Shown here: positions 36,856-51,800 of the stretch, one piece after another
How positions within the stretch are numbered: position 1 is the stretch's first letter
Layout of the letters: every line of letters begins with the position of its first letter
From: Auanema rhodensis
Lineage: Eukaryota > Animalia > Nematoda
DNA: 64,000 nt
NCBI GenBank assembly: GCA_964057225.1
Contig: OZ059895.1
Location: forward strand, 19,778,001 to 19,842,000
Direction of reading: 5' to 3'
Position numbers and translations under genes: made by a program
The notes under the pieces: model-generated
What the model was told of the DNA's origin: nothing
Databases searched by the model: none
What the model saw: the letters and a program-made list of their open reading frames with translations, nothing else

Positions 36856-39800
36856 CATGGAAACTCAACATACACTAATGCATCATTTTTCAAACGATCA
36901 TAACTAATTTTTGTATTGAGCGTTTCTCAATGTAGTATAGTGCATTCGATGCGGATTTTTAAGCTGCGTCGATCTGTGTTATCAGATTTGCGCTAGCTTA
37001 AAAATGCACCGAGATATCAACTGATATAAGTTCACACTTACATCCTCGATTTTCACCCTGAAGAATTAATTTTTTCGTTGAATAACATTGTCCATCTTCT
37101 TTGCCTTAAAAAAAGGAATCTAAAAACATCTACTTTTTGCTAAATTATTTTGAAATTTTTCGAAAAATTTTTTGTCAAAATGTTTTTGGAAGCAATGTTG
37201 AGTGTACATGGAAACTCAACATACACTAATGCATCATTTTTCAAACGATCATAACTAATTTTTGTATTGAGCGTTTCTCAATGTAGTATAGTGCATTCGA
37301 TGCGGATTTTTAAGCTGCGTCGATCTGTGTTTTCAGATTTGCGCTTGCTTAAAAATGCACCGAGATATCAACTGATATAAGTTCACACTTAGATCCTCGA
37401 TTTTCACCCTGAAGAATTAATTTTTTCGTTGAATAACAATGTCCATCGTCTTTGCCTTGGAAAAAGGAATCTAAAAACATCTACTTTTTGCTAAATTATT
37501 TTGAAATTTTTCGAAAAAATTTTTGTCAAAATGTTTTTGGAAGCAATGTTGAGTGTACATGGAAACTCAACATACACTAATGCATCATTTTTCAAACGAC
37601 CATAACTAATTTTTGTATTGAGCGTTTCTCAATGTAGTATAGTGCATTCGATGCGGATTTTTAAGCTGCGTCGATCTGTGTTATCAGATTTGCGCTAGCT
37701 TAAAAATGCACCGAGATATCAACTGATATAAGTTCACACTTACATCCTCGATTTTCACCCTGAAGAATTAATTTTTTCGTTGAATAACAATGTCCATCGT
37801 CTTTGCCTTGAAAAAAGGAATCTAAAAACATCTACTTTTGCTAGATTATTTTGAAATTTCTCGAAAAAATTTTTGTCAAAATGTTTTTGGAAGCAATGTT
37901 GAGTGTACATGGAAACTCAACATACACTAATGCATCATTTTTCAAACGATCATAACTAATTTTTGTATTAAGCGTTTCTCAATGTAGTGTAGTGCATTCG
38001 ATGCGGATTTTTTAGCTGCGTTGATCTGTGTTATCAGATTTGCGCTAGCTTAAAAATGCACCGAGATATCAACTGATATAAGTTCACACTTACATCCTCG
38101 ATTTTCACCCTGAAGAATTAATTTTTTCGTTGAATAACATTGTCCATCTTCTTTGCCTTAAAAAAAGGAATCTAAAAACATCTACTTTTTGCTAAATTAT
38201 TTTGAAATTTTTCGAAAAATTTTTTGTCAAAATGTTTTTGGAAGCAATGTTGAGTGTACATGGAAACTCAACATACACTAATGCATCATTTTTCAAACGA
38301 TCATAACTAATTTTTGTATTGAGCGTTTCTCAATGTAGTATAGTGCATTCGATGCGGATTTTTAAGCTGCGTCGATCTGTGTTTTCAGATTTGCGCTTGC
38401 TTAAAAATGCACCGAGATATCAACTGATATAAGTTCACACTTAGATCCTCGATTTTCACCCTGAAGAATTAATTTTTTCGTTGAATAACAATGTCCATCG
38501 TCTTTGCCTTGGAAAAAGGAATCTAAAAACATCTACTTTTTGCTAAATTATTTTGAAATTTTTCGAAAAAATTTTTGTCAAAATGTTTTTGGAAGCAATG
38601 TTGAGTGTACATGGAAACTCAACATACACTAATGCATCATTTTTCAAACGACCATAACTAATTTTTGTATTGAGCGTTTCTCAATGTAGTATAGTGCATT
38701 CGATGCGGATTTTTAAGCTGCGTCGATCTGTGTTATCAGATTTGCGCTAGCTTAAAAATGCACCGAGATATCAACTGATATAAGTTCACACTTACATCCT
38801 CGATTTTCACCCTGAAGAATTAATTTTTTCGTTGAATAACAATGTCCATCGTCTTTGCCTTGAAAAAAGGAATCTAAAAACATCTACTTTTTGCTAAATT
38901 ATTTTAAAATTTTTCGAAAAAATTTTTGTCAAAATGTTTTTGGAAGCAATGTTGAGTGTACATGGAAACTCAACATACACTAATGCATCATTTTTCAAAC
39001 GATCATAACTAATTTTTGTATTGAGCGTTTCTCAATGTAGTATAGTGCATTCGATGCGGATTTTTAAGCTGCGTCGATCTGTGTTTTCAGATTTGCGCTT
39101 GCTTAAAAATGCACCGAGATATCAACTGATATAAGTTCACACTTAGATCCTCGATTTTCACCCTGAAGAATTAATTTTTTCGTTGAATAACAATGTCCAT
39201 CGTCTTTGCCTTGGAAAAAGGAATCTAAAAACATCTACTTTTTGCTAAATTATTTTGAAATTTTTCGAAAAAATTTTTGTCAAAATGTTTTTGGAAGCAA
39301 TGTTGAGTGTACATGGAAACTCAACATACACTAATGCATCATTTTTCAAACGACCATAACTAATTTTTGTATTGAGCGTTTCTCAATGTAGTATAGTGCA
39401 TTCGATGCGGATTTTTAAGCTGCGTCGATCTGTGTTATCAGATTTGCGCTAGCTTAAAAATGCACCGAGATATCAACTGATATAAGTTCACACTTACATC
39501 CTCGATTTTCACCCTGAAGAATTAATTTTTTCGTTGAATAACAATGTCCATCGTCTTTGCCTTGAAAAAAGGAATCTAAAAACATCTACTTTTTGCTAAA
39601 TTATTTTGAAATTTTTCGAAAAAATTTTTGTCAAAATGTTTTTGGAAGCAATGTTGAGTGTACATGGAAACTCAACATACACTAATGCATCATTTTTCAA
39701 ACGATCATAACTAATTTTTGTATTGAGCGTTTCTCAATGTAGTATAGTGCATTCGATGCGGATTTTTAAGCTGCGTCGATCTGTGTTATCAGATTTGCGC

Positions 39801-42800
39801 TAGCTTAAAAATGCACCGAGATATCAACTGATATAAGTTCACACTTACATCCTCGATTTTCACCCTGAAGAATTAATTTTTTCGTTGAATAACAATGTCC
39901 ATCGTCTTTGCCTTGAAAAAAGGAATCTAAAAACATCTACTTTTTGCTAAATTATTTTGAAATTTTTCGAAAAAATTTTTGTCAAAATGTTTTTGGAAGC
40001 AATGTTGAGTGTACATGGAAACTCAACATACACTAATGCATCATTTTTCAAACGATCATAACTAATTTTTGTATTGAGCGTTTCTCAATGTAGTATAGTG
40101 CATTCGATGCGGATTTTTAAGCTGCGTCGATCTGTGTTATCAGATTTGCGCTAGCTTAAAAATGCACCGAGATATCAACTGATATAAGTTCACACTTAGA
40201 TCCTCGATTTTCACCCTGAAGAATTAATTTTTTCGTTGAATAACAATGTCCATCGTCTTTGCCTTGAAAAAAGGAATCTAAAAACATCTACTTTTTGCTA
40301 AATTATTTTGAAATTTTTCGAAAAAATTTTTGTCAAAATGTTTTTGGAAGCAATGTTGAGTGTACATGGAAACTCAACATACACTAATGCATCATTTTTC
40401 AAACGATCATAACTAATTTTTGTATTGAGCGTTTCTCAATGTAGTATAGTGCATTCGATGCGGATTTTTAAGCTGCGTCGATCTGTGTTATCAGATTTGC
40501 GCTAGCTTAAAAATGCACCGAGATATCAACTGATATAAGTTCACACTTAGATCCTCGATTTTCACCCTGAAGAATTAATTTTTTCGTTGAATAACAATGT
40601 CCATCGTCTTTGCCTTGAAAAAAGGAATCTGAGAACATCTACGTTTTGCTAAATTATTTTGAAATTTTTCGAAAAAATTTTTGTCAAAATGTTTTTGGAA
40701 GCAATGTTGAGTGTACATGGAAACTCAACATACACTAATGCATCATTTTTCAAACGACCATAACTAATTTTTGTATTGAGCGTTTCTCAATGTAGTATAG
40801 TGCATTCGATGCGGATTTTTAAGCTGCGTCGATCTGTGTTATCAGATTTGCGCTAGCTTAAAAATGCACCGAGATATCAACTGATATAAGTTCACACTTA
40901 GATCCTCGATTTTCACCCTGAAGAATTAATTTTTTCGTTGAATAACAATGTCCATCGTCTTTGCCTTGAAAAAAGGAATCTGAGAACATCTACGTTTTGC
41001 TAAATTATTTTGAAATTTTTCGAAAAAATTTTTGTCAAAATGTTTTTGGAAGCAATGTTGAGTGTACATGGAAACTCAACATACACTAATGCATCATTTT
41101 TCAAACGATCATAACTAATTTTTGTATTGAGCGTTTCTCAATGTAGTATAGTGCATTCGATGCGGATTTTTAAGCTGTGTCGATCTGTGTTATCAGATTT
41201 GCGCTAGCTTGAAAATGCACCGAGATATCAACTGATATAAGTTCACACTTAGATCCTCGATTTTCACCCTGAAGAATTAATTTTTTCGTCGAATAACAAT
41301 GTCCATCGTCTTTGCCTTGAAAAAAGGAATCTAAAAACATCTACTTTTTGCTAAATTATTTTGAAATTTTTCGAAAAAATTTTTGTCAAAATGTTTTTGG
41401 AAGCAATGTTGAGTGTACATGGAAACTCAACATACACTAATGCATCATTTTTCAAACGATCATAACTAATTTTTGTATTAAGCGTTTCTCAATGTAGTAT
41501 AGTGCATTCGATGCGGATTTTTAAGCTGCGTCGATCTGTGTTTTCAGATTTGCGCTAGCTTAAAAATGCACCGAGATATCAACTGATATAAGTTCACACT
41601 TACATCCTCGATTTTCACCCTGAAGAATTAATTTTTTCGTTGAATAACATTGTCCATCGTCTTTGCCTTGAAAGAAAGAATCTGAAAACATCTACTTTTT
41701 GCTAAATTATTTTGAAATTTTTCGAAAAAATTTTTGTCAAAATGTTTTTGGAAGCAATGTTGAGTGTACATGGAAACTCAACATACACTAATGCATCATT
41801 TTTCAAACGATCATAACTAATTTTTGTATTAAGCGTTTCTCAATGTAGTATAGTGCATTCGATGCGGATTTTTAAGCTGCGTCGATCTGTGTTTTCAGAT
41901 TTGCGCTTGCTTAAAAATGCACCGAGATATCAACTGATATAAGTTCACACTTAGATCCTCGATTTTCACCCTGAAGAATTAATTTTTTCGTTGAATAACA
42001 ATGTCCATCGTCTTTGCCTTGAAAAAAGGAATCTAAAAACATCTACTTTTTGCTAAATTATTTTGAAATTTTTCGAAAAAATTTTTGTCAAAATGTTTTT
42101 GGAAGCAATGTTGAGTGTACATGGAAACTCAACATACACTAATGCATCATTTTTCAAACGATCATAACTAATTTCTGTATTGAGCGTTTCTCAATGTAGT
42201 ATAGTGCATTCGATGCGGATTTTTAAGCTGCGTCGATCTGTGTTTTCAGATTTACGCTAGCTTAAAAATGCACCGAGATATCAACTGATATAAGTTCACA
42301 CTTACATCCTCGATTTTCACCCTGAAGAATTAATTTTTTCGTTGAATAACATTGTCCATCGTCTTTGCCTTGAAAGAAAGAATCTGAAAACATCTACTTT
42401 TTGCTAAATTATTTTGAAACTTTTCGAAAAAATTTTTGTCAAAATGTTTTTGGAAGCAATGTTGAGTGTACATGGAAACTCAACATACACTAATGCATCA
42501 TTTTACAAACGATCATAACTAATTTTGTATTGAACGTTTCTCAATGTAGTATAGTGCATTCGATGCGGATTTTTAAGCTGCGTCGATCTGCGTTATCAGA
42601 TTTGCGCTAGCTTAAAAATGCACCGAGATATCAACTGATATAAGTTCACACTTAGATCCTCGATTTTCACCCTGAAGAATTAATTTTTTCGTTGAATAAC
42701 AATGTCCATCGTCTTTGCCTTGAAAAAAGGAATCTAAAAACATCTACTTTTTGCTAAATTATTTTGAAATTTTTTGAAAAAATTTTTGTCAAAATGTTTT

Positions 42801-45800
42801 TGGAAGCAATGTTGAGTGTACATGGAAACTCAACATACACTAATGCATCATTTTTCAAACGATCATAACTAATTTCTGTATTGAGCGTTTCGCAATGTAG
42901 TATAGTGCATTCGATGCGGATTTTTAAGCTGCGTCGATCTGTGTTTTCAGATTTGCGCTAGCTTAAAAATGCACCGAGATATCAACTGATATAAGTTCAC
43001 ACTTACATCCTCGATTTTCACCCTGAAGAATTAATATTTTCGTTGAATAACATTGTCCATCGTTTTTGCCTTGAAAGAAAGAATCTGAAAACATCTACTT
43101 TCTGCTAAATTATTTTGAAATTTTTCGAAAAAATTTTTGTCAAAATGTTTTTGGAAGCAATGTTGAGTGTACATGGAAACTCAACATACACTAATGCATC
43201 ATTTTTCAAACGATCATAACTAATTTCTGTATTGAGCGTTTCGCAATGTAGTATAGTGCATTCGATGCGGATTTTTAAGCTGCGTCGATCTGTGTTTTCA
43301 GATTTGCGCTAGCTTAAAAATGCACCGAGATATCAACTGATATAAGTTCACACTTACATCCTCGATTTTCACCCTGAAGAATTAATTTTTTCGTTGAATA
43401 ACATTGTCCATCGTCTTTGCCTTGAAAGAAAGAATCTGAAAACATCTACTTTTTGCTAAATTATTTTGAAATTTTTCGAAAAAATTTTTGTCAAAATGTT
43501 TTTGGAAGCAATGTTGAGTGTACATGGAAACTCAACATACACTAATGCATCATTTTTCAAACGATCATAACTAATTTTTGTATTGAGCGTTTCTCAATGT
43601 AGTATAGTGCATTCGATGCGGATTTTTAAGCTGCGTCGATCTGTGTTTTCAGATTTGCGCTTGCTTAAAAATGCACCGAGATATCAACTGATATAAGTTC
43701 ACACTTAGATCCTCGATTTTCACCCTGAAGAATTAATTTTTTCGTTGAATAACAATGTCCATCGTCTTTGCCTTGAAAAAAGGAATCTAAAAACATCTAC
43801 TTTTTGCTAAATTATTTTGAAATTTTTCGAAAAAATTTTTGTCAAAATGTTTTTGGAAGCAATGTTGAGTGTACATGGAAACTCAACATACACTAATGCA
43901 TCATTTTTCAAACGATCATAACTAATTTCTGTATTGAGCGTTTCTCAATGTAGTATAGTGCATTCGATGCGGATTTTTAAGCTGCGTCGATCTGTGTTTT
44001 CAGATTTACGCTAGCTTAAAAATGCACCGAGATATCAACTGATATAAGTTCACACTTACATCCTCGATTTTCACCCTGAAGAATTAATTTTTTCGTTGAA
44101 TAACATTGTCCATCGTCTTTGCCTTGAAAGAAAGAATCTGAAAACATCTACTTTTTGCTAAATTATTTTGAAATTTTTCGAAAAAATTTTTGTCAAAATG
44201 TTTTTGGAAGCAATGTTGAGTGTACATGGAAACTCAACATACACTAATGCATCATTTTTCAAACGATCATAACTAATTTTTGTATTGAGCGTTTCTCAAT
44301 GTAGTATAGTGCATTCGATGCGGATTTTTAAGCTGCGTCGATCTGTGTTTTCAGATTTGCGCTTGCTTAAAAATGCACCGAGATATCAACTGATATAAGT
44401 TCACACTTACATCCTCGATTTTCACCCTGAAGAATTAATTTTTTCGTTGAATAACATTGTCCATCGTTTTTGCCTTGAAAGAAAGAATCTGAAAACATCT
44501 ACTTTCTGCTAAATTATTTTGAAATTTTTCGAAAAAATTTTTGTCAAAATGTTTTTGGAAGCAATGTTGAGTGTACATGGAAACTCAACATACACTAATG
44601 CATCATTTTTCAAACGATCATAACTAATTTCTGTATTGAGCGTTTCGCAATGTAGTATAGTGCATTCGATGCGGATTTTTAAGCTGCGTCGATCTGTGTT
44701 TTCAGATTTACGCTAGCTTAAAAATGCACCGAGATATCAACTGATATAAGTTCACACTTACATCCTCGATTTTCACCCTGAAGAATTAATTTTTTCGTTG
44801 AATAACATTGTCCATCGTCTTTGCCTTGAAAGAAAGAATCTGAAAACATCTACTTTTTGCTAAATTATTTTGAAATTTTTCGAAAAAATTTTTGTCAAAA
44901 TGTTTTTGGAAGCAATGTTGAGTGTACATGGAAACTCAACATACACTAATGCATCATTTTTCAAACGATCATAACTAATTTTTGTATTGAGCGTTTCTCA
45001 ATGTAGTATAGTGCATTCGATGCGGATTTTTAAGCTGCGTCGATCTGTGTTTTCAGATTTGCGCTTGCTTAAAAATGCACCGAGATATCAACTGATATAA
45101 GTTCACACTTACATCCTCGATTTTCACCCTGAAGAATTAATTTTTTCGTTGAATAACATTGTCCATCGTTTTTGCCTTGAAAGAAAGAATCTGAAAACAT
45201 CTACTTTCTGCTAAATTATTTTGAAATTTTTCGAAAAAATTTTTGTCAAAATGTTTTTGGAAGCAATGTTGAGTGTACATGGAAACTCAACATACACTAA
45301 TGCATCATTTTTCAAACGATCATAACTAATTTCTGTATTGAGCGTTTCTCAATGTAGTATAGTGCATTCGATGCGGATTTTTAAGCTGCGTCGATCTGTG
45401 TTTTCAGATTTACGCTAGCTTAAAAATGCACCGAGATATCAACTGATATAAGTTCACACTTACATCCTCGATTTTCACCCTGAAGAATTAATTTTTTCGT
45501 TGAATAACATTGTCCATCGTCTTTGCCTTGAAAGAAAGAATCTGAAAACATCTACTTACTGCTAAATTATTTTGAAATTTTTCGAAAAAATTTTTGTCAA
45601 AATGTTTTTGGAAGCAATGTTGAGTGTACATGGAAACTCAACATACACTAATGCATCATTTTTCAAACGATCATAACTAATTTTTGTATTGAACGTTTCT
45701 CAATGTAGTATAGTGCATTCGATGCGGATTTTTAAGCTGCGTCGATCTGTGTTATCAGATTTGCACTAGCTTAAAAATGCACCGAGATATCAACTGAAAT

Positions 45801-48800
45801 AAGTTCACACTTAGATCCTCGATTTTCACCCTGAAGAATTAATTTTTTCGTTGAATAACAATGTCCATCGTCTTTGCCTTGAAAAAAGGAATCTGAAAAC
45901 ATCTACTTTTTGCTAAATTATTTTGAAATTTTTCGAAAAAATTTTTGTCAAAATGTTTTTGGAAGCAATGTTGAGTGTACATGGAAACTCAACATACACT
46001 AATGCATCATTTTTCAAACGATCATAACTAATTTCTGTATTGAGCGTTTCGCAATGTAGTATAGTGCATTCGATGCGGATTTTTAAGCTGCGTCGATCTG
46101 TGTTTTCAGATTTGCGCTTGCTTAAAAATGCACCGAGATATCAACTGATATAAGTTCACACTTAGATCCTCGATTTTCACCCTGAAGAATTAATTTTTTC
46201 GTTGAATAACAATGTCCATCGTCTTTGCCTTGAAAAAAAGGAATCTAAAAACATCTACTTTTTGCTAAATTATTTTGAAATTTTTCGAAAAAATTTTTGT
46301 CAAAATGTTTTTGGAAGCAATGTTGAGTGTACATGGAAACTCAACATACACTAATGCATCATTTTTCAAACGATCATAACTAATTTCTGTATTGAGCGTT
46401 TCTCAATGTAGTATAGTGCATTCGATGCGGATTTTTAAGCTGCGTCGATCTGTGTTTTCAGATTTACGCTAGCTTAAAAATGCACCGAGATATCAACTGA
46501 TATAAGTTCACACTTACATCCTCGATTTTCACCCTGAAGAATTAATTTTTTCGTTGAATAACATTGTCCATCGTCTTTGCCTTGAAAGAAAGAATCTGAA
46601 AACATCTACTTTTTGCTAAATTATTTTGAAATTTTTCGAAAAAATTTTTGTCAAAATGTTTTTGGAAGCAATGTTGAGTGTACATGGAAACTCAACATAC
46701 ACTAATGCATCATTTTTCAAACGATCATAACTAATTTTTGTATTGAGCGTTTCTCAATGTAGTATAGTGCATTCGATGCGGATTTTTAAGCTGCGTCGAT
46801 CTGTGTTTTCAGATTTGCGCTTGCTTAAAAATGCACCGAGATATCAACTGATATAAGTTCACACTTACATCCTCGATTTTCACCCTGAAGAATTAATTTT
46901 TTCGTTGAATAACATTGTCCATCGTTTTTGCCTTGAAAGAAAGAATCTGAAAACATCTACTTTCTGCTAAATTATTTTGAAATTTTTCGAAAAAATTTTT
47001 GTCAAAATGTTTTTGGAAGCAATGTTGAGTGTACATGGAAACTCAACATACACTAATGCATCATTTTTCAAACGATCATAACTAATTTCTGTATTGAGCG
47101 TTTCGCAATGTAGTATAGTGCATTCGATGCGGATTTTTAAGCTGCGTCGATCTGTGTTTTCAGATTTACGCTAGCTTAAAAATGCACCGAGATATCAACT
47201 GATATAAGTTCACACTTACATCCTCGATTTTCACCCTGAAGAATTAATTTTTTCGTTGAATAACATTGTCCATCGTCTTTGCCTTGAAAGAAAGAATCTG
47301 AAAACATCTACTTTTTGCTAAATTATTTTGAAATTTTTCGAAAAAATTTTTGTCAAAATGTTTTTGGAAGCAATGTTGAGTGTACATGGAAACTCAACAT
47401 ACACTAATGCATCATTTTTCAAACGATCATAACTAATTTTTGTATTGAGCGTTTCTCAATGTAGTATAGTGCATTCGATGCGGATTTTTAAGCTGCGTCG
47501 ATCTGTGTTTTCAGATTTGCGCTTGCTTAAAAATGCACCGAGATATCAACTGATATAAGTTCACACTTACATCCTCGATTTTCACCCTGAAGAATTAATT
47601 TTTTCGTTGAATAACATTGTCCATCGTTTTTGCCTTGAAAGAAAGAATCTGAAAACATCTACTTTCTGCTAAATTATTTTGAAATTTTTCGAAAAAATTT
47701 TTGTCAAAATGTTTTTGGAAGCAATGTTGAGTGTACATGGAAACTCAACATACACTAATGCATCATTTTTCAAACGATCATAACTAATTTCTGTATTGAG
47801 CGTTTCTCAATGTAGTATAGTGCATTCGATGCGGATTTTTAAGCTGCGTCGATCTGTGTTTTCAGATTTACGCTAGCTTAAAAATGCACCGAGATATCAA
47901 CTGATATAAGTTCACACTTACATCCTCGATTTTCACCCTGAAGAATTAATTTTTTCGTTGAATAACATTGTCCATCGTCTTTGCCTTGAAAGAAAGAATC
48001 TGAAAACATCTACTTTTTGCTAAATTATTTTGAAATTTTTCGAAAAAATTTTTGTCAAAATGTTTTTGGAAGCAATGTTGAGTGTACATGGAAACTCAAC
48101 ATACACTAATGCATCATTTTTCAAACGATCATAACTAATTTTTGTAGTGAACGTTTCTCAATGTAGTATAGTGCATTCGATGCGGATTTTTAAGCTGCGT
48201 CGATCTGTGTTATCAGATTTGCACTAGCTTAAAAATGCACCGAGATATCAACTGAAATAAGTTCACACTTAGATCCTCGATTTTCACCCTGAAGAATTAA
48301 TTTTTTCGTTGAATAACAATGTCCATCGTCTTTGCCTTGAAAAAAGGAATCTAAAAACATCTACTTTTTGCTAAATTATTTTGAAATTTTTCGAAAAAAT
48401 TTTTGTCAAAATGTTTTTGGAAGCAATGTTGAGTGTACATGGAAACTCAACATACACTAATGCATCATTTTTCAAACGATCATAACTAATTTCTGTATTG
48501 AGCGTTTCGCAATGTAGTATAGTGCATTCGATGCGGATTTTTAAGCTGCGTCGATCTGTGTTTTCAGATTTGCGCTAGCTTAAAAATGCACCGAGATATC
48601 AACTGATATAAGTTCACACTTACATCCTCGATTTTCACCCTGAAGAATTAATTTTTTCGTTGAATAACATTGTCCATCGTTTTTGCCTTGAAAGAAAGAA
48701 TCTGAAAACATCTACTTTTTGCTAAATTATTTTGAAATTTTTCGAAAAAATTTTTGTCAAAATGTTTTTGGAAGCAATGTTGAGTGTACATGGAAACTCA

Positions 48801-51800
48801 ACATACACTAATGCATCATTTTTCAAACGATCATAACTAATTTTTGTATTGAACGTTTCTCAATGTAGTATAGTGCATTCGATGCGGATTTTTAAGCTGC
48901 GTCGATCTGTGTTATCAGATTTGCGCTAGCTTAAAAATGCACCGAGATATCAACTGAAATAAGTTCACACTTAGATCCTCGATTTTCACCCTGAAGAATT
49001 AATTTTTTCGTTGAATAACAATGTCCATCGTCTTTGCCTTGAAAAAAGGAATCTAAAAACATCTACTTTTTGCTAAATTATTTTGAAATTTTTCGAAAAA
49101 ATTTTTGTCAAAATGTTTTTGGAAGCAATGTTGAGTGTACATGGAAACTCAACATACACTAATGCATCATTTTTCAAACGATCATAACTAATTTCTGTAT
49201 TGAGCGTTTCGCAATGTAGTATAGTGCATTCGATGCGGATTTTTAAGCTGCGTCGATCTGTGTTATCAGATTTGCGCTAGCTTAAAAATGCACCGAGATA
49301 TCAACTGATATAAGTTCACACTTAGATCCTCGATTTTCACCCTGAAGAATTAATTTTTTCGTTGAATAACAATGTCCATCGTCTTTGCCTTGGAAAAAGG
49401 AATCTAAAAACATCTACTTTTTGCTAAATTATTTTGAAATTTTTCGAAAAAATTTTTGTCAAAATGTTTTTGGAAGCAATGTTGAGTGTACATGGAAACT
49501 CAACATACACTAATGCATCATTTTTCAAACGATCATAACTAATTTCTGTATTGAGCGTTTCGCAATGTAGTATAGTGCATTCGATGCGGATTTTTAAGCT
49601 GCGTCGATCTGTGTTTTCAGATTTGCGCTAGCTTAAAAATGCACCGAGATATCAACTGATATAAGTTCACACTTACATCCTCGATTTTCACCCTGAAGAA
49701 TTAATTTTTTCGTTGAATAACATTGTCCATCGTCTTTGCCTTGAAAGAAAGAATCTGAAAACATCTACTTTTTGCTAAATTATTTTGAAATTTTTCGAAA
49801 AAATTTTTGTCAAAATGTTTTTGGAAGCAATGTTGAGTGTACATGGAAACTCAACATACACTAATGCATCATTTTTCAAACGATCATAACTAATTTTTGT
49901 ATTGAGCGTTTCTCAATGTAGTATAGTGCATTCGATGCGGTTTTTTAAGCTGCGTCGATCTGTGTTTTCAGATTTGCGCTTGCTTAAAAATGCACCGAGA
50001 TATCAACTGATATAAGTTCACACTTAGATCCTCGATTTTCACCCTGAAGAATTAATTTTTTCGTTGAATAACAATGTCCATCGTCTTTGCCTTGGAAAAA
50101 GGAATCTAAAAACATCTACTTTTTGCTAAATTATTTTGAAATTTTTCGAAAAAATTTTTGTCAAAATGTTTTTGGAAGCAATGTTGAGTGTACATGGAAA
50201 CTCAACATACACTAATGCATCATTTTTCAAACGATCATAACTAATTTCTGTATTGAGCGTTTCTCAATGTAGTATAGTGCATTCGATGCGGATTTTTAAG
50301 CTGCGTCGATCTGTGTTTTCAGATTTACGCTAGCTTAAAAATGCACCGAGATATCAACTGATATAAGTTCACACTTACATCCTCGATTTTCACCCTGAAG
50401 AATTAATTTTTTCGTTGAATAACATTGTCCATCGTCTTTGCCTTGAAAGAAAGAATCTGAAAACATCTACTTTTTGCTAAATTATTTTGAAATTTTTCGA
50501 AAAAATTTTTGTCAAAATGTTTTTGGAAGCAATGTTGAGTGTACATGGAAACTCAACATACACTAATGCATCATTTTGCAAACGATCATAACTAATTTCT
50601 GTATTGAGCGTTTCTCAATGTAGTATAGTGCATTCGATGCGGATTTTTAAGCTGCGTCGATCTGTGTTATCAGATTTGCGCTAGCTTAAAAATGCACCGA
50701 GATATCAACTGATATAAGTTCACACTTATATCCTCGATTTTCACCCTGAAGAATTAATTTTTTCGTTGAATAACAATGTCCATCGTCTTTGCCTTGAAAA
50801 AAGGAATCTAAAAACATCTACTTTTTGCTAAATTATTTTGAAATTTTTCGAAAAACTTTTTGTCAAAATGTTTTTGGAAGCAATGTTGAGTGTACATGGA
50901 AACTCAACATACACTAATGCATCATTTTTCAAACGATCATAACTAATTTCTGTATTGAGCGTTTCTCAATGTAGTATAGTGCATTCGATGCGGATTTTTA
51001 AGCTGCGTCGATCTGTGTTTTCAGATTTACGCTAGCTTAAAAATGCACCGAGATATCAACTGATATAAGTTCACACTTACATCCTCGATTTTCACCCTGA
51101 AGAATTAATTTTTTCGTTGAATAACATTGTCCATCGTCTTTGCCTTGAAAGAAAGAATCTGAAAACATCTACTTTTTGCTAAATTATTTTGAAATTTTTC
51201 GAAAAAATTTTTGTCAAAATGTTTTTGGAAGCAATGTTGAGTGTACATGGAAACTCAACATACACTAATGCATCATTTTGCAAACGATCATAACTAATTT
51301 CTGTATTGAGCGTTTCTCAATGTAGTATAGTGCATTCGATGCGGATTTTTAAGCTGCGTCGATCTGTGTTATCAGATTTGCGCTAGCTTAAAAATGCACC
51401 GAGATATCAACTGATATAAGTTCACACTTATATCCTCGATTTTCACCCTGAAGAATTAATTTTTTCGTTGAATAACAATGTCCATCGTCTTTGCCTTGAA
51501 AAAAGGAATCTAAAAACATCTACTTTTTGCTAAATTATTTTGAAATTTTTCGAAAAACTTTTTGTCAAAATGTTTTTGGAAGCAATGTTGAGTGTACATG
51601 GAAACTCAACATACACTAATGCATCATTTTTCAAACGATCATAACTAATTTCTGTATTGAGCGTTTCTCAATGTAGTATAGTGCATTCGATGCGGATTTT
51701 TAAGCTGCGTCGATCTGTGTTTTCAGATTTACGCTAGCTTAAAAATGCACCGAGATATCAACTGATATAAGTTCACACTTACATCCTCGATTTTCACCCT

